64,000 nucleotides of DNA, taken from assembly GCF_009914755.1 (NCBI RefSeq), contig NC_060925.1. One strand, 5' to 3'. Each line of letters begins with the position of its first letter. Position 1 is the stretch's first letter. Source of the DNA: the human T2T-CHM13v2.0 reference genome, Homo sapiens. Below, in pieces: positions 35,720 to 64,000 of this stretch. The position numbers were made by a program, and so were the translations under genes. The notes beneath the pieces were generated by a model. That model did no database searches. It was not told the origin of the DNA and worked only from the letters and a program-made list of their open reading frames with translations.

Positions 35720-35837
35720 ATGGTGGGTGAAGAGAAGATGTCTCTAAGAAACCGGCTGTCAAAGTCCAGGGAAAATCCTGAGGAAGATGAAGACCAGAGA
35801 AACCCTGCAAAGGAGTCCCTAGAGACACCTAGTAATG
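35720..35837 (+). CDS. SOAT1: Sterol O-acyltransferase 1 (ACAT1), coding part of exon 2 (exon 35712-35837), codons 1-39 plus 1 nt
   Basis: Acceptor ttctttcctag|ACAATACA, strong Kozak acaATGG, translation [39 protein letters not shown] (human SOAT1 N-terminus), donor ATG|gtgagg. Second in-frame ATG at 35738. Confidence 0.97.
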
Positions 35838-37243
35838 GTGAGGCTTAATTTTTTTTTTTTAGGTGAATTAGTGAAATAGAGAACAAATACAGTGTTATAG
35901 AATAAGTATTGCCATCTCTTTAATTCTTTATTGTAAATGGGTATTGATAGAGTTTTATATGTCTAGTAACAAAGCAATTAGACAATAAGTCCTTTCTCGT
36001 TAATTAATTTGGTGGTCATCTATTGGTATCTGCTGTGTTTTAGAGACCATTCATTCAGTCACGTAACCTACCAATAATTGCTGAGGTCCCCCGCTGGATG
36101 CTGGGGCTATAGCAGTGATCAGTACGGATTTGTTTGCCATTATGGAGCTCCAAGTTAAGTGAATGACAAAACCTCCAAAATCATACACATAACTAGATTT
36201 ATCACAGTGTAATATTCTTGTAATTAACTACTTTCATAATAGATGTAATGAGTAAAATGTGAGTAATTAGCAGGGTGCCTAACCCAGTTCAATACTGAGC
36301 TATAAATCTTGGGAGAGGAGTAGTTAGGGAGTTTTATTAGTTCTTGTATCCACGTTTGCTTAATGCCTGACTACAAAGAGGAATACGATAGTCCTTTGTT
36401 GTTAAGGTCAAGGTTTATGATTATGAATGATAGACTTGTAAACACAACTCTAATTGATGTCATCTATTGCATCAGGGTATTAATTTTTGCAGTGACATTT
36501 GTAAAGGTTTGATTTCAACAAGGATTTGAAAATTGAGGATTGTTTAGTTAACAAATAGGTGCGGAACCTTCTGAGACAGGTTGTCTTTGGCATTTCATCT
36601 CTTTTCATAAAGAAACAGTTTTGTTTTTCCTACCTAAATTTAATTAAACTTAAATATCAACAGCTGGATCCCACCAGGAATGTAAACATTGCTGCTTGAG
36701 TTGGCATAATGAGGTTTATTGATAGGCTCTTAGTTAGCTATATATGACATATTTATATGGCATATGGGCTAGTTTTAGTGTGATATAAAATGTGAAATTT
36801 ATGCAAAGGAGGATGAGCCAATACTGGGGAGAATTCTCCTTCCGTGATTTAGGGACTTAGTGATAACCCAGTTTGTTTCCCTTGCCTGCATTCTCACGCA
36901 TTAGAAACTTCATGCTTGTTTGTTCCTTCCGGTTCTTGGGACAGAAAAGTTATTTTAATTGAAACTTTCTGTCACTGTATATGATCATTCTCTTTATGTC
37001 CCAAGTTTTTAAAAAGATTCTAAATTCTTCTGATTTCTGTGTATTTTCAGTGTTCTTTATTGTCCTAGTTCATTAAGTTTTAGTCAGTCCAGGTTTTAGT
37101 GCAGGTGTTAAAAATTGAATTGGTTAGCTTAAATCAAGAAGTGTAACAACCTCTTTGGTTTAATGTAAATAATGCTAATTTGAAAATGTTTCTTCACATA
37201 TTGTAACATTTATTCACCTTGGGGAGTAAGTGCTTTGGGAGTA

Positions 37244-38800
<1,557 letters not shown>

Positions 38801-39585
38801 CCAGCCAACAGATTAATAATCTGGTGTCAGTTAAGCACCTTTGATCTAAATGTAAGATAGGGTACCAGGTTTGTTAATAGGGAGCTTGAAGTTGGTGTGC
38901 ATAAGATACCCAAATAGAAAAAATCCTTTGTTATAAATAGGAGCTAAGTGAGTTATAGTAACCAAATAGAGACCGATGGGGTTGGGGGAGCCCTTGCTTT
39001 AGAATGGAGGAAAGTCTCACTGAAGTAGATTTTGAGTTTGGCCTTTGAGATAAGAAGACTGGGAGAGGGCTTTCAATCCACAGAGGTATGCATTTGCAAA
39101 GACTTTTTAAGACAGTATAGTGTTGTGTGTGTGGTGTTTTGTTTGCTTTTAGAGAGGGTGACGGGTAGGTAGTACAGATGGATTTGTGGTTGGTTTTCAT
39201 GGATAGGAGTATAGAGCAAATTGGAAAGGCCAGAAGTAAGTAAGAAGATAAGGCTCCAACAGCCTCTCAGTGCCCAGCCAACTGCCCTGGCAGCTAGTGG
39301 GTAGTGGCCCTTGCTGGGGACCCTCCAGTGGGCCCAGGAGGACAAAAGTGGCTCTAAATTTGACACATGCACATTGAAGCAAGTCAAAGGACTTGATATG
39401 AAGCATAGAAGCACATAATGCCAAATAGCAAGCAGTAATTGGTATACATTTGGTGATTGGGCAGTATTTCCTTCTTTTACTGCTGCTAAGGTGGTGGAAA
39501 TTAGTTAAATTCATTGTGAAATGGCACACACTGAAGGTATTTGTTAATGAGGGTTCCAGAAGCGTTAAAAGTAGCACCACCAAAA

Positions 39586-44392
<4,807 letters not shown>

Positions 44393-45559
44393 ATATGTTA
44401 AAATTTGTAACAAGTTTAACAAGGATGCGGATTTAGAAATTTGGAGGCCATAATGTCTTCAGGGAAAAGAAGAGTTGCAGAAATGGGTGGAAACTATTGG
44501 CTAGCAAGAAAACAAAGATAAGAAGTGTAAAATTCTTTCTCAGAACATTTTATATTAGAAGGAAAAGTACAGCATGTCATGAGGGTTAAGTGATCTTCAA
44601 AAGGACTGTTTTTAAAAAAAAAATCGTTTCTAAATTTCAGTTATTTTGCCATTATATTACTATTACTATGTAACTTTAAAAAATTCACTTGAAAATTTAT
44701 TCTCAACCTAAGTAATAAATTGTTAAATCATAGGTTTGATGTTCAATTACTTATTTTTAAAAAACAAATTAAATATATAATAACTTGATAAGTGTTAGTA
44801 GAACTACAGATTTTATTTTCAGTATCACTGATGACATCCATATCATAATTTCTGAAACATGATTTTTAAAGAACAAATTGTCTCTGAATTTAAATGTGGA
44901 CAATATAATTGACTCAGTGGGTTGAACTTTTTGAATAGGGAATGATTAAGACAATAATAGTTTGAAGGGTTAGTCTTGAAAAAGAGATGGGCTACTCTTT
45001 CCTCTGACACAGAAATGTTGGAGAAGAGGTTGAAAGACAGCAAAAATTAAGAAACATAGAAGACATTTAAGGATTTGGTACCAAAACTGAACAACTAAAA
45101 GTTACTTGGTGGGGCTGGGACTTGAAAGTGGAAAAGGTTTCCAACTACTTTTGTGAGGAATGTCACAGAAATTCATCAAGAGGCAGAGACAAAGATTGCA
45201 TATTTTCATTGCTGGCCTGCCTAAGGCTTGACTGCAGCAGTTTAGAATGGGCCTATTTTCCTAACTTTTTCTGTAGCGCATGGCAATTTGGAATCAGAAG
45301 GCAGATAGCGGGTAATTTCTGGAGTCGGCGTGTGGCATGGTGGGTCCAGGAAATTGGTGGTGGTGATAAGGGACAGATAGAAATAATGACAGAGGGTTAG
45401 TAAGTCCGTGCTGGTTAAGAAAACTGGAAAACCAAAATGATGACTTCTATCAGAAGAGAAACTGTCTCTTTCCCTGTCTTTCTCTTTAGCGATGAAACCT
45501 TCGCTAGAAATTCCCCTACAGACTTCTCGTGTCTCATTGGCCAGAGTTAGATTACAAGT

Positions 45560-46018
45560 TATGCTGGCTATCTACCTTTTGCCTCTCCAGTCTTTTCTAC
45601 GCTACTTTGTTTCCTGGGAGACTGACGTTAAGAACTGCAACAATAGTCTCCAGTGCCCTGTGTGTTTCTGGTAGGCTTGGCCAGTGGGAGAACTTCAGGA
45701 GATCTAAGAGCAGAGAGTAAGGTGGGTGTATTTATAACTAAGGTTCTCTCCCTGGTAGGTAACCATTGCTCCTTTCTAATATTTCTCTCTAAAGAGTTCT
45801 CTCTGGGTTCCACTAACCCTTTACCCGCTTTGCCCTTTCTGGCCTCAGGATGGTAACAGCTTTCCTGATGTTTATTACTAGCCCTAGAATTCCATATCAT
45901 CCTTATTACCATCCTTTGTTGCTTTTCTTAAACTCTGACCACACACTAGAAAAAGGACCTCTTTAAATTTTTCCCAGTCAATAAGCTTGAGTGGGTCATC
46001 TCTTTGCTGTCTGATACT
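45560..46018 (+). mobile_element. LTR33-like (ERVL) solo LTR relic
   Basis: ctgggagactgac...ggcttggccagtgggag...ggtaacagct...ttgagtgggtcatct...ctgata resembles the LTR33 consensus as I recall it. Confidence 0.6.
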
Positions 46019-46184
46019 CAGGTCCATTTTTAAATCAGTTTCTCGCAAAGGCAGTGACATGCATGTCCTTATTTGGGAAGCAACCGGCAGTGTTCACCAT
46101 GGCTGTGTTACATTATAAAAAATAATGTGTGTGTACTTGTCTGTTTTATTTGCCAACCAGATTTACAGTAAACTTGGCCATCTA

Positions 46185-46950
<766 letters not shown>

Positions 46951-47622
46951 CAGGAATGTAACTGGTGGCCTAGAAAGTAAGTAGATAAGCTTCCCTTAGG
47001 CCAAAGCCTATTAAATACAATATTGTCAAGAAAAGAGAGCATGGCATTAAGAGGCATCTGACTGAGCTTCAGGCCTCAGAAAAATCCAACAAGTCTTCAT
47101 GCTTCATTCCTTCGCCTGGAATAATGTTTCTAGCATTTGTTCACCATAATTTTTCTTTATTATTTGAGACTCAGTTCAAATATTGACTCCTGCAAAAGCC
47201 TCCTACACCCCTCATTCTCCCACAGCGCTCCTCTGTATTGTCCTTTTCCCTATTTGTAGTTTTCTCCTGAGATCCTGAAGGGAGGGTTTGCCCTGCATGT
47301 ATTGGGTCCTCAGTGGGCTTTTACTTAATGCATGAGTATATAAATTGAGTAAATTAGTTACCAATTTAACAAGCCTGGTTATTTGTCTCTTTTCTTCTGT
47401 GTAGCTTTGGCGGTAGATTGACTATAGTAATAGAAGTGTACGATTGTTAGGGAGAACCCTGTGGAAGCAGCCTAGGTAGAAAGGCACAGCTCCCCAGGAC
47501 TGCTGAGTGGGGCCTGATTGCACTCCACATTTCCGTTTTTTCTAAAGATATCACTATAGTAGTATGGTACAACAATGGATCTCTCTTACTTGTTCCGAAG
47601 ATTATGTAGGGTAAAGTACATT

Positions 47623-51237
<3,615 letters not shown>

Positions 51238-51589
51238 GCCCCCAAAACTCTACCCATATTTTATTAAAAGGGCAGAGATCAATTAATCCCACTGCTTTTA
51301 AAATTATAATGGTACCATGATTCAGTGTGAAAATAAGAAACTGTCTCTAAATCTGTGACAATAATAAAGCTCAGTATGCACCATACATACACAGGAGTTA
51401 TACAGAGCAGCACATTCTCATAAAAAATACTGTCATACCTTTCAAATCCAATTTTTGTTATAAAATTACGAAAAAGATTCTCAGTCAGAATACCGCCGTT
51501 AGTCAGGTTAAACACCAGGAAATTACATTACTGTAACTTAATATACAGAAAAGAATATTTCAGAACAGAGAAATTAGAATGAAATGAAT

Positions 51590-56230
<4,641 letters not shown>

Positions 56231-56473
56231 ATCTATAGCATTGCATAATTAACATCGTTGTAATTACTGTGTGTACATTTACTAGTTTTGTTCTTAGTAT
56301 TTTCATGTATAAATTTCCTTCTAGTTATTTTGACCATGCTGTCGTGTTTTATGGTTGCACCACAGTTTACGCAGTTACCTTTGTATTTGTTTGTTTTCAA
56401 CTTTATGATTTAGACAGTGCTACTAGGTAGCTGTATCCATCAACTTAAAAGTCATGTTTTTTTCTTCCCGTAG

Positions 56474-56532
56474 GTCGAATTGACATAAAACAGTTGATAG
56501 CAAAGAAGATAAAGTTGACAGCAGAGGCAGAG
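56474..56532 (+). CDS. SOAT1: SOAT1 exon 3 (59 nt, codons 40-59)
   Basis: Acceptor tttcttcccgtag|GT; phase matches exon 2; translation GRIDIKQLIAKKIKLTAEAE continues the known protein; donor GAG|gcaagt. Confidence 0.95.
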
Positions 56533-57834
56533 GCAAGTAACTCCCTCTTCTAGAAACAAAAATGTAGAGTTTTAGATAGAATTTTGTTTGGTAACATTTT
56601 TAATGCTAAATTGCTCAGATAATTATTTAAGCCATTCATCAGTTGCTGTTATCCTGTGGAACAAGAAAATAAGATCTGCTGACTTGTCATCCTGCGTAAG
56701 GATCCAGATTGCCTTTTTCTCTCCCATCTCATCTATCACTGGCATTTTCTGTCTCTTACCAGCAAATCTTGGTTTTAGTGACCCACGTTAACAGTTGATA
56801 GCGTTGAATGTCTGTATGAGTGCTTTGTGAAAGTATCTGTCATGATTCATAGTAAATAGCAGCTCTCCAATAAATGTTGAATCTGAATCTAGAAGTAGAT
56901 TCCCTGTCAAGGAAGTAGAAATAACAACTCGAAAAAAAATCATGAAATCATTTCAAGTGGGGATAAATAGTTCTACAAACAAGAATTCTTCAGTACCCTC
57001 AGGAAATTGTGGAGGGCGAAGAACACTTTTTTAAAAAAACATTATAATCCAATACCTGGGTGTAAGTTGACTTAAAATCCAAAGCAAACTCCTGTTTTCC
57101 CAAGGAGAAGATCACTTCCAAAATTTGTTGGCCAGTTTGACTATATAAACATCCGGTGATGAAGATGAAGTAGCCCTGTTTTATTTATTTAGTTACATGC
57201 ATGTATGTATGTACATATGCATTTATAGAATAATCTAGATTTAGAAATATTTTTGTAATCATATTTCATGAAATGTATGCCAGATTATTTATACTCACTT
57301 TGATGTCAATGTCTTTGTTATTATCAGACCTAGTTTTTCAGTTATCATCCAAGGCCAGGGGCATAGTATTTGTACTTTCATCTAATGTGTTGGAAATCAG
57401 TACTGTTTGAGTCCAAGGAGGATGCTGTCACAGAAAATTTATTAAAGAACATATTTGCTTAACATTAAGAGATCTACCCTGTCCTCCTTCCATCATCCTG
57501 TAGGCATATTTGTGATGACTGCAATGTAATTCCTTATGGTACTGCTTTATAAAGTGGTACTCAAAAGATGTATTTACTGCACTTGAAATTGTGGGTATAG
57601 ACTCCTAGTTAATAGGGTGTTAAACTTTATTTTTCCTGATTCCATTAAGTTACCTTTGTAAGCCTCCAGCACTACAGTGATGAAGATCATTTCTGATGAA
57701 TGTCTTTTCCAATTAGTGCTTTGTTTCTCCATCATAAGAGATTGTTTAAGGATTTGTTATGCAACTTTTTATCTGATGACTAACTTATAATTTTGGCTAA
57801 GAAAATAACTATTTAACGTATAGACACATGCTAG

Positions 57835-59894
<2,060 letters not shown>

Positions 59895-60561
59895 CAATTG
59901 CAATGTTTCTGAACAAGATATAGTAGGACTACTGTTCTGATCTGAAAGTTCAGGACGGCATATAGAGTTTAGAGACAGTGAGAATAGACAGGGAGCTATT
60001 GTAATATTTTAGTATTCTAGACCGAGGAAACAGATGAGCCAGTAGGAGAAGGGAACTACATTTAGAAGTCCTCTTACAGGCTAAGCTTTTATACTAGGTG
60101 CTTTATATACACAATCTTACTTACTTACATCATCCCATTTATAAGAGATCTCTAATTGGTCACATTTTTTTAGTTGTTGCTTAGCCTTATTGGTTGACAT
60201 TTACTAACATGGAAGGACTTGAGATGATAGGTATGTGAACATTGTTCAGAGCCATGAACTTGGCTTGTTTTTTCACATACTAATTCCTCTTGTGGGTTTT
60301 TACAAATAATTTTTTTTAAATGCAAGTTAGGAATCTTTCCGGTCATTTATAATTTGTGTCATGTTCCTCCCAGTCGTCACTTCATCTTTCCTTGATCTTT
60401 AAAGTGAGAGCATTGCACTAGTTGTCTCCAAGGTCCCTTTTAGCTCTAAAGGTTTACGTCATAATTGTGTAGCTGACGAAAACTTTTTCAGAATTCACTG
60501 CTTGTTATTGTATAGGTAGTAGATAAATCTCATCCGGCAGCTGTTTCAGCTCCACAGAGCT

Positions 60562-60731
60562 AGAGTTGTCAGGTAAAATACAGTACGTCCAGTCGAATTT
60601 GAATTTCTGATAAACAATGAATACTTTTTTAGTAATCATGCAATATTTGAGACAGACTAAAACGTTATTTATCTGAAATTTAAATTTAAATATAGTGTCC
60701 TATATTTTTTATTTGCCAAATTGGGCAACCA
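60562..60731. mobile_element. MER53 palindromic hAT-type MITE
   Basis: agagttgtcag...gaatttgaatttctgataaacaa...tatttatctgaaatttaaattt...gggcaacc; the two halves are mutually complementary. Confidence 0.8.
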
Positions 60732-61129
60732 ACAAAGAACTCTGTGAAAAGTTAGATGTGTAGATAGAGGAGCTCTTATTAAGTAAGGAAAAGTGTGAAG
60801 AAGTTCGTCAAGCATTGAGCAAACCTTTTAGTCTAAAGGGAAGAGGAGTGAGGGAAGTGATAACATGAGTGTGTTGAAATTAGTGGTTTGAACTGACTGA
60901 ATCTCTTAAGGTCGCCTCGAGGTCTAACATGCTTGTTAAAAAAGGTTTTCAGTATGTATTTTTTATCTAATGCCAGTGGGGTCATACAAACTTGTGTAAC
61001 TCTGAGTTATGACCTTTTGAAATCCTTAGAATTGTGTTGTAACAAGACTTAAAAGATCTTAGAACAGTCCAAGGGAGATTCATATGATTAAGTCCCAACC
61101 AACTTACATTAACAATTAAATTACCTTTG

Positions 61130-62766
<1,637 letters not shown>

Positions 62767-63038
62767 GAAGTTTTTGGATAGTGTTTATCTATTGATTTAT
62801 TGGCCGACTGCTGGAGAGACAAGTCTTAAGTATTTTCTGCCCAGAAATCCTGTGATTATTGTGTAAGTTAAGATTGGGTTTTGCTGTAATAGTGAACAAA
62901 ATAATAGGGGCTTATACAAGATTAGTAATTTCTTTTTCTCATGTCAACAGTTCAGAGGTAGCAGGTCCATAGCTGATACTGGCTCCATGGTCCTTAAGGA
63001 CCCTGGTTTGGTTCCTTCCAGTTCCCTGCCTCACCATT

Positions 63039-63774
63039 TGTAATTGCCCGTTGGGTTCTTCTTACCCTCTGCACAGACAAAACCAATGGACTGAGACAGT
63101 GGTAAAGCAGTAGAGAAGGAGTTTAATGCAAAGCTAGCCAAGTGGAAGGACAGGAGTTTATTATACACACCAGCTGCTGAGAACTCAGAGGCTAGGGTTT
63201 TTATGGTAAGTTGGCAGGCAGGGGACCTAGGGAGTGGATGCTGCTGATTAGTTGGGGTTGAAATCATAAGGGTGTGGAAGACAGTTCTCATGCGCAGAGT
63301 CAGCCTCTGGGTGGGGGTCACAGGACCAGTCATGGGTTTAGGGGGCAAGCTGGTCAGTCGCCAGAATTCAAAGATCAGAAAAACATCTCAGAAGACCAAT
63401 CTTAGGTTCTATAATAGTGATGTTCTCCATAGGAGCGGTTGGGGAAGTCACAAATCTTGTGACTTTGGGTACAGTAAACTATTATAGAAAGGCAAGCTGT
63501 GCCTACGTTTTAGCAGAATTCAGGTCCCTCCCATAATCCTAATCTTGTGGCCTTTCTTTAGTCTTACAAAGGTGGTTTCAGTTCCCAACAAGGAAGGGGG
63601 TCAATTTTGGGGAGGGACTATTTACATCAAAGTTGAACTATGAATTTCTCCCAGAGTTAGATTGGCCTCTGCTCAGGAATGAGCAAGGATGGCCAGCCTG
63701 TGAGGCTAGAAGCATGATGGAGTCAGACATGGTAGACGTTTCTCACTGTCGTAGTCTTTGCAAAGGCAGTTTCA
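63039..63774 (-). mobile_element. LTR8-family (LTR8A/8B-like, ERV1) solo LTR, antisense, nested in an older MLT1-like relic
   Basis: Minus strand begins tgaaactgcctttgcaaaga and ends gggcaattaca; TG..CA termini; 4-bp TSD CATT at 63035-63038 and 63775-63778. Confidence 0.85.
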
Positions 63775-64000
63775 CATTCATAGGCTGTGGTCCTCCTTAT
63801 TGCCCACATGGCTCTAGTCATTTTGTCTGAGTTCCAAGTGGCCAAATTGAGGGAAGGAAAGGAGTGGGGGTAAGGAACAGGTATCTGTGTCTGTTAAGGA
63901 AATTTTCTGTGGACTTTGACAAATCATTTCCACCTGTATCTCATTGGCTACCTAGGTGCAAAGAGAGACTGGGAAACTTATTTACTCTAAGCAGTCATGT

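Noticed and set aside
51279-51515. 78-aa non-Alu ORF on the minus strand
   Set aside because: No family resemblance, non-ATG start, and length within chance expectation.

Overview
Human (primate) genomic DNA, Alu-dense: about 80 Alu/FLAM/FAM elements by my count, roughly a third of the window. It holds the 5' part of SOAT1 (sterol O-acyltransferase 1, ACAT1) on the + strand: a CpG-island promoter and non-coding exon 1 (~26.8-27.0 kb), exon 2 with the start codon (35712-35837, [16 protein letters not shown]...) and exon 3 (56474-56532, ...GRIDIKQLIAKKIKLTAEAE), which ends at a non-canonical GC donor. The rest of the gene lies beyond the window. Upstream is intergenic DNA with a minus-strand RPL39 processed pseudogene. 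The remainder is L1, L2, MIR, LTR (THE1, LTR8-family, LTR33, MLT) and DNA-transposon (MER44, MER47, MER53, MER58, MER33) relics, and nearly all supplied ORFs are repeat artefacts. I see no new multi-gene system. The best candidates for undescribed biology are: (1) a sense-oriented THE1 solo LTR inserted 26 nt upstream of the first coding exon that appears to supply its branch point, has lost its poly(A) signal and carries splice donors that could form an alternative first exon; (2) two locally templated duplications; (3) a stop-free 5' leader and a frame-symmetric exon 2; (4) a GC/GT donor competition at exon 3. Repeat subfamily names come from my memory of consensus sequences, and repeat boundaries are approximate.
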